This document shows, piece by piece, positions 28,457 through 38,679 of a stretch of 62,274 bases of DNA (position 1 is its first letter; every line of letters starts with the position of its first letter). The DNA is taken from sequence record AP012533; one strand, written 5' to 3'. The notes beneath the pieces were generated by a model. That model was not told where the DNA came from. It searched no databases and saw only the letters and a list, made by a program, of their open reading frames with translations. This DNA is from Stx2-converting phage Stx2a_F723. The position numbers and the translations under genes were made by a program.

Positions 28457-28590
28457 TAAAAAAACCGCCAGCGACAGGAATGGACGCTGGCGGTGGTGAT
28501 ACCTATGGAGAAAAAATAAAGGAACGATACTTTCGTACTCTGGTTTTTAATGAAAACAGTTCTTATTGTCAACAATAACGGAAAGAAATT

Positions 28591-28770
28591 ATGACATTTC
28601 TGAACCAGTTAATGCTGTACTTCTGTACGGTGGTCTGTGTGCTGTATCTCCTTTCGGGTGGGTACAGGGCCATGCGTGACTTCTGGCGCAGACAGATTGA
28701 CAAAAGGGCCGCTGAGAAAATCAGCGCCAGTCAGTCAGCCGGAAGCAAACCCGAAGAGCCGCTCATTTAG
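28591..28770 (+). CDS. Hypothetical small membrane protein (59 aa)
   Basis: Hand-translated MTFLNQLMLYFCTVVCVLYLLSGGYRAMRDFWRRQIDKRAAEKISASQSAGSKPEEPLI; N-terminal TM helix; below ORF-track cutoff. Confidence 0.3.
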   Translation: MTFLNQLMLYFCTVVCVLYLLSGGYRAMRDFWRRQIDKRAAEKISASQSAGSKPEEPLI

Positions 28771-28810
28771 CGGCAACTTTCTTAATCACACCTTTCGACG
28801 AGAAAATCCC

Positions 28811-29083
28811 ATGTCAGAAATTACATCCCTGGTCACTGCAGAGGCAGTGAAGGACGTCCTGCGCTCTGAAGAAGTCCGGAGCGCACTGAAACAGAAACTT
28901 CGCCATAACCTGGAAGCGCGTCTTGATGCAGAAGTGGATGCCATTCTGGATGAACTGCTTGGTGTACAGGCAGAGCCACCGACTGAAGCGGGAGATACCA
29001 CCGCAGAGAGCGGTGAAGTTCAGCCTGAATCACCGGTCGCCGATGCGACTGAACCTCAACCCGAATCGGTCATGATGCTGTAA
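28811..29083 (+). CDS. Hypothetical acidic protein
   Basis: ATG at 28811 ([22 protein letters not shown]...); acidic, Pro/Glu-rich C-terminus. Confidence 0.4.
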   Translation: MSEITSLVTAEAVKDVLRSEEVRSALKQKLRHNLEARLDAEVDAILDELLGVQAEPPTEAGDTTAESGEVQPESPVADATEPQPESVMML

Positions 29084-29159
29084 CGGGGAGTCAGGGCCAT
29101 CAGTAAACAGCTGCTGGCCTTTTTCATGTTGTGAGCTTCCGGATTGCGGGAGACGGGGT

Positions 29160-29375
29160 ATGTACCAGATGGAAAAAATCACAACAGGTGTGTCATACAC
29201 CACGTCAGCGGTGGGAACGGGCTACTGGTTCCTGCAGTTGCTGGACAGGGTTTCCCCGTCTCAGTGGGCGGCAATAGGCGTGCTGGGGAGTCTGCTGTTT
29301 GGTCTGCTGACGTACCTGACGAACCTGTATTTCAAGATTAAAGAAGACCGGCGTAAGGCGGCGCGGGGAGAGTAA
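29160..29375 (+). CDS. S: Holin (phage 21 S-like pinholin, dual-start)
   Basis: 71-aa [74 protein letters not shown] with dual Met start and two TM segments. Confidence 0.85.
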   Translation: MYQMEKITTGVSYTTSAVGTGYWFLQLLDRVSPSQWAAIGVLGSLLFGLLTYLTNLYFKIKEDRRKAARGE

Positions 29376-29379
29376 GCTG

Positions 29380-29913
29380 ATGAGCAGGAAATTCCGCTAT
29401 GGTTTATCAGCGGTAGTTCTGGCGCTGATTGCCGCAGGTGCTTCTGCGCCTGAAATCCTCGACCAGTTTCTGGATGAAAAGGAAGGTAACCACACCACGG
29501 CATACCGTGATGGTGTGGGTATCTGGACCATCTGCCGTGGAGCCACCCGGGTGGATGGTAAGCCTGTGATTCCTGGCATGAAGCTGTCGAAGGAAAAATG
29601 CGACCGGGTTAACGCTATCGAACGGGATAAGGCGCTGGCATGGGTGGCGAAGAACATCAGAGTGCCACTGACTGAACCCCAGAAAGCGGGTATTGCGTCA
29701 TTCTGTCCTTACAACATTGGCCCCGGTAAGTGTTTCCCGTCGACGTTTTATAAACGAATTAATGCAGGTGATCGAAAAGGTGCCTGCGAAGCGATTCGCT
29801 GGTGGATTAAGGACGGTGGCAGAGACTGCCGTATCCGCTCAAATAATTGCTACGGTCAGGTATCAAGACGTGACCAGGAGAGTGCGCTGTCATGCTGGGG
29901 TATCGACAGATAA
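29380..29913 (+). CDS. R: Endolysin (lysozyme, likely SAR type)
   Basis: 177-aa ORF with Ala/Gly-rich N-terminal hydrophobic segment and T4-lysozyme-like catalytic region (EGNHTTAYRDGVGIWTICRG). Confidence 0.85.
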   Translation: MSRKFRYGLSAVVLALIAAGASAPEILDQFLDEKEGNHTTAYRDGVGIWTICRGATRVDGKPVIPGMKLSKEKCDRVNAIERDKALAWVAKNIRVPLTEPQKAGIASFCPYNIGPGKCFPSTFYKRINAGDRKGACEAIRWWIKDGGRDCRIRSNNCYGQVSRRDQESALSCWGIDR

Positions 29914-30021
29914 GCAGAATATTTTGCTGAAAAATGACGTTGGCCAACGCGGCAGATAACACGAAATCCTGCAAACTGGCAAAATGTAAGTGAATAAAGT
30001 TAACAAGATTGTTTCATGAAG

Positions 30022-30049
30022 AGGCACCGTAATGGTGCCTTTGTCATTT
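30022..30049 (+). terminator. Rho-independent terminator downstream of endolysin
   Basis: AGGCACC-GTAAT-GGTGCCT hairpin followed by T-rich tract. Confidence 0.5.
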
Positions 30050-30186
30050 CTGCGCTTCGCACAAGCGTAAATAAACCAAAGAACCTTTCAGGATGAGCCC
30101 TGGTGGATAACCGGCAGTGGTCTGGTTAACCCTCTTTGGGCTGGTTATTCCTGTGCGCAGGGTTCATCACTAAAAGGAAATAACCG

Positions 30187-30756
30187 ATGAATATGATGAC
30201 CGTGCCGTTTCACGGCGATTCTCTTTATGTGGTTAACCATAACGGCGAACCATACGTTCCCATGAAACCTGTCGTTGCGGGGATGGGGCTGGCCTGGCAA
30301 TCACAGTTGGCTAAGTTAAGACAGCGTTTTGCGTCAACTATAACGGAAATCGTTATGGTTGCTGAGGATGGGAAACGACGCAATATGGTGTCCCTGCCGC
30401 TTCGAAAACTTGCAGGCTGGTTACAAACCATCAATCCCAACAAAGTAAAACCCGAAATCCGCGGCAAGGTAATCCAGTATCAGGAAGAGTGTGACGATGT
30501 TCTCTATGAATACTGGACGAAGGGTTTTGTCGTTAATCCCCGTCGAATGAGTGTGATGGAAGAACTCAATCAGGCTTGCGCTGACATGAAACGGGATAAA
30601 AACATTGCCAGTGTGTTTGCTACCGGGCTGAATGAGTGGAAACAGGTTAAATCCGCGCATGTATCAAAAATCCGCACATTGATAAACGAAGCGAATCTGC
30701 TGATTGATTTTGTCCTGGCTGATACAGGCAAAGGGAAAATAACAAAGGCGGATTGA
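30187..30756 (+). CDS. P22-type antirepressor N-terminal domain protein
   Basis: 189-aa ORF inserted between R and Rz; N-terminal region resembles P22_AR_N domain proteins. Confidence 0.5.
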   Translation: MNMMTVPFHGDSLYVVNHNGEPYVPMKPVVAGMGLAWQSQLAKLRQRFASTITEIVMVAEDGKRRNMVSLPLRKLAGWLQTINPNKVKPEIRGKVIQYQEECDDVLYEYWTKGFVVNPRRMSVMEELNQACADMKRDKNIASVFATGLNEWKQVKSAHVSKIRTLINEANLLIDFVLADTGKGKITKAD

Positions 30757-30905
30757 TGGAGTGGTGGCTAATGATATCGGATAAACTCATAACGCTGGCG
30801 AAGATCCTCTGTGTAATCGTCGGCATTTCATTTTTAGTCATGCTGGTTGCCATTTTCTTTTCCACCGCCTGGCGAGTCCTGACGTTATCGGGACTGGTGG
30901 GGTGA
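30756..30905 (+). CDS. Hypothetical small membrane protein (49 aa)
   Basis: Hand-translated MEWWLMISDKLITLAKILCVIVGISFLVMLVAIFFSTAWRVLTLSGLVG; start overlaps stop of upstream gene. Confidence 0.3.
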   Translation: MEWWLMISDKLITLAKILCVIVGISFLVMLVAIFFSTAWRVLTLSGLVG

Positions 30906-30912
30906 AAGAGAG

Positions 30913-31377
30913 ATGAACCGTGTTCTGTGTGTGGTGATTATTGTCCTGCTGGTAGCCTGTGGTGCGCTTAGTCTGGGGCTGAATCATTACCGCGATAACG
31001 CCATAACCTACAAAGAGCAGCGCGATAAAAAAGTCAGTGAGCTGGAGCTGGCAAATGCAACCATTACTGATATGCAGCAGCGCCAGCGTGATGTTGCTGC
31101 ACTTGATGCCAGATACTCGAGGGAATTAGCCGATGCGAGAGCTGAAAATGAAACTCTTCGCGCTGACGTTGCCGCTGGTTACCGCAGCCTGCGGATCAAC
31201 GCCACCTGTCCAGGTCCCGTGCGTGAAGCCACCGGCACCGCCCGCGTGGATAATGCAACCGGCCCCCGACTGGCAGACACCGCTGAACGGGATTATTTCA
31301 CCCTCAGAGAGAGGCTGATCACTATGCAAAAACAACTGGAAGGAACCCAGAAGTATATTAATGAGCAGTGCAGATAG
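30913..31377 (+). CDS. Rz: Spanin inner-membrane subunit Rz
   Basis: 154-aa ORF with N-terminal TM helix and coiled-coil periplasmic domain; contains embedded Rz1. Confidence 0.85.
   Translation: MNRVLCVVIIVLLVACGALSLGLNHYRDNAITYKEQRDKKVSELELANATITDMQQRQRDVAALDARYSRELADARAENETLRADVAAGYRSLRINATCPGPVREATGTARVDNATGPRLADTAERDYFTLRERLITMQKQLEGTQKYINEQCR
31148..31318 (+). CDS. Rz1: Spanin outer-membrane lipoprotein Rz1 (embedded in Rz, +1 frame)
   Basis: MKLFALTLPLVTAACGS lipobox followed by Pro-rich sequence, entirely within Rz. Confidence 0.75.
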   Translation: MKLFALTLPLVTAACGSTPPVQVPCVKPPAPPAWIMQPAPDWQTPLNGIISPSERG

Positions 31378-31408
31378 AGTTGCCCATATCGATGGGCAAC
31401 TCATGCAA

Positions 31409-31702
31409 TTATTGTGAGCAATACACCCGCGCTTCCAGCGGAGTATAAATGCCTAAAGTAATAAAACCGAGCAATCCATTTACGAATGTTTGCTGGGTTT
31501 CTGTTTTAACAACATTTTCTGTGCCGCCACAAATTTTGGCTGCATCGACAGTTTTCTTCTGCCCAATTCCAGAAACGAAGAAATGATGGGTGATGGTTTC
31601 CTTTGGTGCTACTGCTGTCTGTTTGTTTTGAACAGTAAACGTCTGTTGAGCACATCCTGTAATAAGCAGGGCCAGCGCAGTAGCGAGTAGCATTTTTTTC
31701 AT
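31409..31702 (-). CDS. bor: Bor lipoprotein (serum-resistance, Iss-like)
   Basis: 97-aa ORF MKKMLLATALALLITGCAQQTFTVQNKQ... with lipobox; matches lambda Bor. Confidence 0.9.
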   Translation of the reverse strand: MKKMLLATALALLITGCAQQTFTVQNKQTAVAPKETITHHFFVSGIGQKKTVDAAKICGGTENVVKTETQQTFVNGLLGFITLGIYTPLEARVYCSQ

Positions 31703-32110
31703 GGTGTTATTCCCGATGCTTTTTGAAGTTCGCAGAATCGTATGTGTAGAAAATTAAACAAACCCTAAACAATGAGTTGAAATTTCATATTGTTAATATT
31801 TATTAATGTATGTCAGGTGCGATGAATCGTCATTGTATTCCCGGATTAACTATGTCCACAGCCCTGACGGGGAACTTCTCTGCGGGAGTGTGCGGGGATA
31901 ATCAAAAACGATGCACACCGGGTTTTCTCATTTTTCACGAGATGGGAGCGATTTCCCGCGAAGCCGCCTGTCCGGTGCGGTGGTGGAAGAAACCGGATAA
32001 AACAACCGCATTGTGCAAATATCGATCAAATATGGTGCTGCTGTGTGAAATCTGAAAAATCACAGCGGTCATTATGCATCAGTTTTTAACACAGGACGTC
32101 AGAACGTGAC

Positions 32111-32917
32111 ATGGCAAAGCTGGACTGGAAAAAGCTGGAGCAGGCATTCCGACGCGAACATGCCGAAACGGGAATAACATTACTGGACTGGTGCCGGAAG
32201 AAAAAGATTAATTACAACACCGCCAGAACCCGTATAAAAATGGGCAAAATCGATCATGAAATTGATCATAAAACCGATCATGAAATCGATCATGACATCT
32301 CAGATGAAGAACCCTGCAATGACGCGGGTTCCGGCGATGAAAAATGCGCAAAAAACTCTGAAAAAAACTGCGCAAATTCGGCAGAAACGAAACGGATTCG
32401 TGGTTCCCGACTTTTACCACCTTCAAACGCTTTTTCTCAGCGAAACACCCACGCCGTAAGACACCGTGGATATGCGAAGTATCTTGAGGCAGATAACCTC
32501 ATGGATGATGCGTCCGACATGGTGCTGTTCGATGAACTGGTGTTCACCCGGGCCCGCGCACTTTCAGTAACTAAGGCACTTAAAGGGATGTTCGCCGACC
32601 TGGAAGAGGCAACTGACGTGGAAACCCGTGTTGCTCTTTACGACAAAATACTCAAAGCTGAACAGGCCCTTGACCGGAATATTGCCCGTATCGAGTCAAT
32701 TGAACGCTCATTGCTGACGCTGGACGTCCTGGCTGAGACAGCACCAAAACTTCGTGCTGACCGGGAAAGAATCAACGCCGCCAGAGATAAACTCAGAGCT
32801 GAAACCGATATTCTGACCAACCAGCGTCGGGGCGTTGTTACGCCTGTCAGTGACATCGTGTCATCGCTGCATGAAATGAGTAATTCGGGGAGACTGGATG
32901 ACATTCCGGAAGAATGA
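32111..32917 (+). CDS. Terminase small subunit
   Basis: 268-aa ORF immediately upstream of and overlapping terminase large subunit; contains IDHEIDHKTDHEIDHD repeat. Confidence 0.65.
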   Translation: MAKLDWKKLEQAFRREHAETGITLLDWCRKKKINYNTARTRIKMGKIDHEIDHKTDHEIDHDISDEEPCNDAGSGDEKCAKNSEKNCANSAETKRIRGSRLLPPSNAFSQRNTHAVRHRGYAKYLEADNLMDDASDMVLFDELVFTRARALSVTKALKGMFADLEEATDVETRVALYDKILKAEQALDRNIARIESIERSLLTLDVLAETAPKLRADRERINAARDKLRAETDILTNQRRGVVTPVSDIVSSLHEMSNSGRLDDIPEE

Positions 32918-34604
32918 ACCGCGATGTGATGAGCCGTCAGAAATGACCGAGGCTGAACAACGTCTGTTCATCATGACTAAACTGAGCAATCCCTGGTGGC
33001 GGCTCAATCATCTCTACAAAATACAGAACGAAAAAGGTGAACTGGTCACCTTCAGAATGCGACCGGCGCAGCGCCAGTTGTTCCGGAGCATGCACAATAA
33101 AAATATTATCCTGAAAGCGCGCCAGCTGGGATTTTCCACAGCCATTGATATTTATCTTCTCGACCAGGCATTATTCATTCCGCATCTCAAATGCGGGATC
33201 GTCGCTCAGGATAAACAGGCTGCCAGTGAAATTTTCCGCACAAAAATTGCTGTACCGTTTGATCATCTCCCTGACTGGCTGAGAGCCTCATTCACCATCG
33301 TTGAACGTCGTAGCGGTGCCAGCGGTGGCTATATCCTGTTTGGTCACGGCTCGAGTATCCAGGTGGCAACCTCATTCCGTTCAGGTACGGTGCAGCGCCT
33401 GCATATCTCAGAGCACGGCAAAATTTGCGCGAAATATCCGGCTAAGGCGAAAGAACTGCGAACCGGTACGCTTAATGCCGTCTCTGATGAATGCATTATT
33501 TTTGATGAGTCCACTGCTGAAGGCGTGGGTGGTGATTTTTACGAGATGAGTAACCGAGCACAGGAGATCACTGCATCAGGCTTATTGCTGACGGCACAGG
33601 ATTATAAATTCCATTTTTACGCCTGGTGGCAGGATCCTAAATACAGCGCCAGAGTGCCGGAAAGCGGGCTGAAGCTGTCACGGGAAAAAATGACGTATTT
33701 TTCTGCGGTTGAGAAGGCAATGAACATCACGCTTACTGATGAACAGAAGCAGTGGTACATCAATAAGGAAACTGAACAGCGTGAGGAAATGAAGCAGGAG
33801 TTTCCCTCAACGCCACAGGAGGCGTTTCTGACGTCCGGACGACGTGTGTTCAGTGCCGAAAGTACGTTGCAGGCAGAATCATTCTGTTCGCCACCGATGA
33901 TTGTTTATGACATTGAACCTGTTACAGGAGCGAAGACTAAAGCTCAGTCTCTGCGTGAAGGAAATAAAAACGAGTTGCAGCGGACGCTGATGAATTATCT
34001 GCTGGTATGGGAACTGCCGGATCCGGATGAAGAGTATGTTTGTGGGGCAGATACTGCCGAAGGGCTGGAGCACGGAGACCGCTCATCGCTGGATGTTGTC
34101 AAACGCAGTAATGGCGAGCAGGTGGCTCACTGGTTCGGGCATCTCGATGCTGAACTTTTTGCTCATCTCATTTCGCAGGTCTGTCGTATGTATAACAACG
34201 CGTTTGTGGGGCCGGAGCGTAATAATCACGGACATGCAGTTATCCTGAAACTCCGGGAACTCTATCCGACACGTTATATCTACAACGAACAGCATCTTGA
34301 CCAGGCATATGACGACGATACGCCCCGCCTTGGCTGGCTGACAACCCGTCAGAGCAAACCTGTTCTGACCGAAGGAATGAAAACGCTTCTGAATAATGGA
34401 ATATCAGGGATCCGCTGGTCAGGCACATTATCGGAAATGAACACCTACGTTTATGACGCGAAAGGCTCCATGAATGCACAGGAAGGCTGCTTTGATGATC
34501 AGCTCATGAGCTACATGATTGCCCAGGAGATGCGCGCCAGAATGCCGGTGAGGGTAAAACAGAAAACGGATAAACGCAGAACCACACACTGGATGGCACA
34601 CTGA
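32898..34604 (+). CDS. Terminase large subunit
   Basis: 568-aa ORF with terminase ATPase/nuclease architecture; followed directly by portal. Confidence 0.85.
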   Translation: MTFRKNEPRCDEPSEMTEAEQRLFIMTKLSNPWWRLNHLYKIQNEKGELVTFRMRPAQRQLFRSMHNKNIILKARQLGFSTAIDIYLLDQALFIPHLKCGIVAQDKQAASEIFRTKIAVPFDHLPDWLRASFTIVERRSGASGGYILFGHGSSIQVATSFRSGTVQRLHISEHGKICAKYPAKAKELRTGTLNAVSDECIIFDESTAEGVGGDFYEMSNRAQEITASGLLLTAQDYKFHFYAWWQDPKYSARVPESGLKLSREKMTYFSAVEKAMNITLTDEQKQWYINKETEQREEMKQEFPSTPQEAFLTSGRRVFSAESTLQAESFCSPPMIVYDIEPVTGAKTKAQSLREGNKNELQRTLMNYLLVWELPDPDEEYVCGADTAEGLEHGDRSSLDVVKRSNGEQVAHWFGHLDAELFAHLISQVCRMYNNAFVGPERNNHGHAVILKLRELYPTRYIYNEQHLDQAYDDDTPRLGWLTTRQSKPVLTEGMKTLLNNGISGIRWSGTLSEMNTYVYDAKGSMNAQEGCFDDQLMSYMIAQEMRARMPVRVKQKTDKRRTTHWMAH

Positions 34605-36748
34605 TGAAAAATGAAATTAACACCACAGCGATGAAAAACGATCATGGATCCACGCCGCGTTTTTCTCAGCGTCAGTTACTGTCTCTCTGTTCTGATATTG
34701 ACAGTCAGCCTCTCTGGCGTGATGCCGCAAACAAGGCCTGTGCGTATTATGATGGCGACCAGCTGGCACCGGAAGTTATCCAGGTACTGAAAGATCGCGG
34801 TCAGCCCATGACCATCCATAACCTCATTGCCCCCACGGTAGATGGTGTACTGGGAATGGAGGCAAAAACAAGAACGGACCTGATAGTGATGTCAGACGAT
34901 CCGAACGATGATACAGAGAAACTGGCAGAGGCCATTAATGCGGAGTTTGCTGATGCGTGCCGTCTTGGCAACATGAATAAGGCCCGCTCCGATGCCTATG
35001 CGGAACAAATCAAGGCGGGCCTCAGTTGGGTGGAGGTCAGACGAAACAGTGATCCGTTCGGGCCTGAATTTAAGGTGTCTACTGTCAGCCGGAATGAGGT
35101 TTTCTGGGACTGGCTGAGCCGGGAGGCTGATTTAAGTGACTGCCGCTGGCTGATGCGTCGCCGCTGGATGGATACCGATGAGGCAAAAGCTACATTCCCG
35201 GGAATGGCTCAGGTTATCGATTATGCCATTGATGACTGGCGTGGTTTTGTCGATACCACGGTTACTGAAGGCCAGCCCAGTCCGTTGATGAGTGCATGGG
35301 AAGAGTATCAGTCATGGGATCGACAGCAGAACGAATGGCTTCAGCGTGAACGCCGTCGTGTGCTGCTTCAGGTGGTTTATTACCGTACATTCGAGCGTCT
35401 TCCGGTGATTGAACTCAGTAATGGACGGGTGGTGGCCTTTGATAAAAATAATCTGATGCAGGCGGTAGCTGTGGCATCCGGGCGGGTTCAGGTGAAAGTC
35501 GGGCGGGTAAGCCGTATTCGTGAAGCCTGGTTTGTCGGGCCGCACTTTATTGTGGATCGCCCCTGTAGTGCTCCGCAGGGGATGTTTCCGCTGGTTCCTT
35601 TCTGGGGATACCGAAAGGATAAAACCGGGGAGCCATACGGGCTAATTTCCCGCGCCATTCCGGCACAGGATGAGGTGAATTTTCGTCGTATCAAGCTGAC
35701 CTGGTTGCTTCAGGCCAAACGTGTGATTATGGACGAGGATGCCACCCAGTTGTCAGACAACGACCTGATGGAGCAGCTCGAACGTCCGGATGGCATTATT
35801 AAACTGAATCCGGTCCGAAAAAATCAGAAAAGTGTCGCAGATGTTTTTCGGGTTGAGCAGGATTTTCAGGTTGCCAGCCAGCAGTTTCAGGTCATGCAGG
35901 AATCGGAAAAACTTATCCAGGATACCATGGGAGTGTATTCCGCATTTCTCGGGCAGGATTCAGGTGCGACGTCAGGCGTGGCTATCAGTAACCTGGTGGA
36001 GCAGGGGGCCACAACCCTTGCGGAAATCAACGATAACTACCAGTTTGCCTGCCAGCAGGTGGGAAGACTGTTGCTGGCTTATCTTCTCGATGACCTGAAA
36101 AAACGCCGTAATCATGCAGTGGTGATTAATCGCGATGATCGCCAGCGTCGCCAGACCATTGTCCTCAATGCTGAAGGTGATAATGGTGAACTGACCAATG
36201 ATATTTCAAGGTTAAATACACATATTGCGCTGGCGCCTGTTCAGCAGACACCGGCGTTTAAGGCACAGCTTGCACAGAGAATGTCAGAGGTTATTCAGGG
36301 GCTGCCGCCTCAGGTGCAGGCTGTTGTGCTCGACCTGTGGGTTAATCTTCTGGATGTGCCGCAGAAACAGGAGTTTGTTGAGCGTATTCGTGCTGCGCTG
36401 GGGACGCCAAAATCACCGGATGAAATGACGCCGGAAGAACAGGAAGTAGCGGCACAACAACAGGCACTTCAGCAACAACAGGCAGAACTCCAGATGCGCG
36501 AGATGGCTGGCAGAGTGGCAAAACTGGAAGCTGACGCCGCCAGGGCACATGCAGCTGCACAACGGGATAATGCCAGTGCACAGCGGGAAGTCGCCCTGAC
36601 ACAGGGGCAGCGTTATGTGGATGCGCTTAACCAGGCACATACGGCAGAAATCATTACCGGCGTACAGAATATGGAACAGGAGCAGGACGTTCTTCAGCAA
36701 CAGATGCTGTATACGTTACAACAGCGGATGAATGAAATGTCGCTCTGA
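34604..36748 (+). CDS. Portal protein
   Basis: 714-aa ORF directly downstream of terminase large subunit with overlapping stop/start. Confidence 0.8.
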   Translation: MKNEINTTAMKNDHGSTPRFSQRQLLSLCSDIDSQPLWRDAANKACAYYDGDQLAPEVIQVLKDRGQPMTIHNLIAPTVDGVLGMEAKTRTDLIVMSDDPNDDTEKLAEAINAEFADACRLGNMNKARSDAYAEQIKAGLSWVEVRRNSDPFGPEFKVSTVSRNEVFWDWLSREADLSDCRWLMRRRWMDTDEAKATFPGMAQVIDYAIDDWRGFVDTTVTEGQPSPLMSAWEEYQSWDRQQNEWLQRERRRVLLQVVYYRTFERLPVIELSNGRVVAFDKNNLMQAVAVASGRVQVKVGRVSRIREAWFVGPHFIVDRPCSAPQGMFPLVPFWGYRKDKTGEPYGLISRAIPAQDEVNFRRIKLTWLLQAKRVIMDEDATQLSDNDLMEQLERPDGIIKLNPVRKNQKSVADVFRVEQDFQVASQQFQVMQESEKLIQDTMGVYSAFLGQDSGATSGVAISNLVEQGATTLAEINDNYQFACQQVGRLLLAYLLDDLKKRRNHAVVINRDDRQRRQTIVLNAEGDNGELTNDISRLNTHIALAPVQQTPAFKAQLAQRMSEVIQGLPPQVQAVVLDLWVNLLDVPQKQEFVERIRAALGTPKSPDEMTPEEQEVAAQQQALQQQQAELQMREMAGRVAKLEADAARAHAAAQRDNASAQREVALTQGQRYVDALNQAHTAEIITGVQNMEQEQDVLQQQMLYTLQQRMNEMSL

Positions 36749-36767
36749 AAACTCTGGCTTCAACTGA

Positions 36768-36792
36768 ACCCCGTCATCGTACGGGGTTTTTT
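36768..36792 (+). terminator. Terminator-like hairpin downstream of portal gene
   Basis: ACCCCGT-loop-ACGGGGT hairpin followed by TTTTTT. Confidence 0.45.
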
Positions 36793-36905
36793 GTTTCCGG
36801 AGGTAAGCGTTCCGGGAGCGGTGCGCTTATTCGCGGGGGCAGCGATAAGCCTTATTTACTCAACCATTCGGATCTGTCCGATAAACAGACCATGCGGAGT
36901 TATTT

Positions 36906-37463
36906 ATGGATTTTGAATTTACGGGTGAAGAAACCCCGGAACAACTGGAAAAAATGCTGGAAGGACTTGGGGATGTGGATATTGACAGTCACGCACAGGA
37001 CGTCGTGACGGAAGATACCACGGAAAAACATGCGGATGAGGAAGCACAGACTCAGACGGGCGATAACAATGTGGCACCGACGCCGGATGCCAGTGTGGAG
37101 CAGACGCAGGACGTGAAGGAGCCGGAAGCGAAGGGGGTGCTCACCCGCGACGGTAAACACGTCATTCCCTATGAAGTCCTTGAGGCTGAACGTTCCGGTA
37201 AGCAACGGGCCGAACAGGAAGCCGCACTTCTTCGTGGGCAGATAGCTGAAGAAAAACGCAGGGTGGAACTGCTGACGTCTCAGATCCACCAGGCCGGTAT
37301 GAAGCCCACACCGTTACCGGAAAACGAAAAAATTTCTGATGAGCAGATTGCCCGTATCAGGGAGATGTATCCGGAAATTGGTGACGCGGTGGCTTCGCTC
37401 ATCCGTAAAAATAACTATCTCCATGAACCGCCCCGGGTTTCCTGGAGAGTGTTTTATCTGTGA
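36906..37463 (+). CDS. Hypothetical head-assembly protein with 3' end replaced by IS629 insertion
   Basis: 185-aa acidic ORF; last 9 codons (from 37422) run into IS629 sequence; uninterrupted sequence would end ...NNYLPVPCSAISTAGRR at 38775. Confidence 0.6.
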   Translation: MDFEFTGEETPEQLEKMLEGLGDVDIDSHAQDVVTEDTTEKHADEEAQTQTGDNNVAPTPDASVEQTQDVKEPEAKGVLTRDGKHVIPYEVLEAERSGKQRAEQEAALLRGQIAEEKRRVELLTSQIHQAGMKPTPLPENEKISDEQIARIREMYPEIGDAVASLIRKNNYLHEPPRVSWRVFYL

Positions 37464-37465
37464 AC

Positions 37466-38356
37466 TCAGGCTGCCAGATCATCGTTTCCGATGGAAGCAT
37501 AATAAGCTTTTTCTGCTTCTGCCGGAGGAGTATGGCCCAGCCTTCCCAGCAATCGTCGATTGTTATACCAGTCCACCCACGTTAGTGTGGCCAGTTCCAC
37601 TTCTGCACGGTTTTTCCAGCTCTTACGGTGTATTACCTCCGCTTTGTAAAGACCATTGATGCTCTCAGCCATCGCGTTGTCATACGAGTCGCCTGTACTC
37701 CCTGTTGATGCCAGTAATCCGGCTTCTTTTAGTCGCTCCGTATAGGCCAGTGACACATACTGAGAGCCTTTATCGCTGTGATGGATGGTGCCAGACGGAC
37801 GACGGGCCCACAACGCCTGCTCCAGCGCATCCAGCACGAATGTCGTTTCCATAGACGATGAGACCCGCCACCCCACGATGTATCCGGCAAACACATCAAT
37901 GATAAACGCCACATAGACGAAGCCCTGCCATGTGCTGACGTAAGTAAAATCAGCCACCCACAGCTGGTCAGGTCGTTCTGCCACGAACTGACGGTTTACG
38001 CGGTCGCCTGCGGCAACGGCTTTCCGGCTGATGGTCGTACGGACCTTTTTACCCCGGAGAACACCGGCAAGTCCCATAACCGCCATGAGACGTGCCACTG
38101 TACATCTGGCCACCCTGATTCCTTCCCGTAACAACTGACGCCAGACTTTACGCACACCGTACACCTGATGATTTTCATCGTATACGCGCTGTATCTCTCT
38201 CTTCAGCCAGTCGTCGTGCTGCGCACGGGCACTGCGTTTATCCGGATGATGTCGCTGTTGCTGACAATGGTAATACGTTGACGGGGCAATATGCAGTTCG
38301 CTGCATACCGGTCCGACCCCGTACTGCTCACGCAGCTTATCCAGCAGTGGCATCAT
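37466..38356 (-). CDS. IS629 transposase OrfB (DDE integrase domain)
   Basis: 296-aa ORF matching IS3-family OrfB as recalled. Confidence 0.9.
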   Translation of the reverse strand: MMPLLDKLREQYGVGPVCSELHIAPSTYYHCQQQRHHPDKRSARAQHDDWLKREIQRVYDENHQVYGVRKVWRQLLREGIRVARCTVARLMAVMGLAGVLRGKKVRTTISRKAVAAGDRVNRQFVAERPDQLWVADFTYVSTWQGFVYVAFIIDVFAGYIVGWRVSSSMETTFVLDALEQALWARRPSGTIHHSDKGSQYVSLAYTERLKEAGLLASTGSTGDSYDNAMAESINGLYKAEVIHRKSWKNRAEVELATLTWVDWYNNRRLLGRLGHTPPAEAEKAYYASIGNDDLAA

Positions 38357-38679
38357 TTTTTCCAGAGGCGGTCGAACTCCGCCTTCGCAAAATAAGCGGA
38401 AGCCTGGCGAAGGATATCGTTACTGCGGCGCAGTTCACGATTTTCACGTTCCAGCTCTTTCAGACGCTGACGTTCAGCGCTGGTGAGCCCACCATCACCG
38501 CCCCCGGTATCCCGCTCATGCTGGCGAACCCAGACACGCAGAGTCTCCGGCGTACAGCCAATCTTTGGGGCAATGGAACAAATTGCCGCCCACTGTGAGT
38601 CATATTCATCCTGACTTTCCAGAACCATACGAATCGCCCGCTGACGGACTTCGGGGGAAAAACGAGTATTTTTAGTCAT
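38353..38679 (-). CDS. IS629 transposase OrfA (HTH)
   Basis: 108-aa [54 protein letters not shown]... matching IS629 OrfA; overlaps orfB as expected for a -1 frameshift arrangement. Confidence 0.9.
   Translation of the reverse strand: MTKNTRFSPEVRQRAIRMVLESQDEYDSQWAAICSIAPKIGCTPETLRVWVRQHERDTGGGDGGLTSAERQRLKELERENRELRRSNDILRQASAYFAKAEFDRLWKK

Noticed and set aside
31810-32055. 81-aa plus-strand ORF between bor and terminase small subunit
   Set aside because: No ribosome-binding site, unusual Cys-rich composition; the interval may instead hold packaging or promoter signals. Kept as doubtful rather than called.
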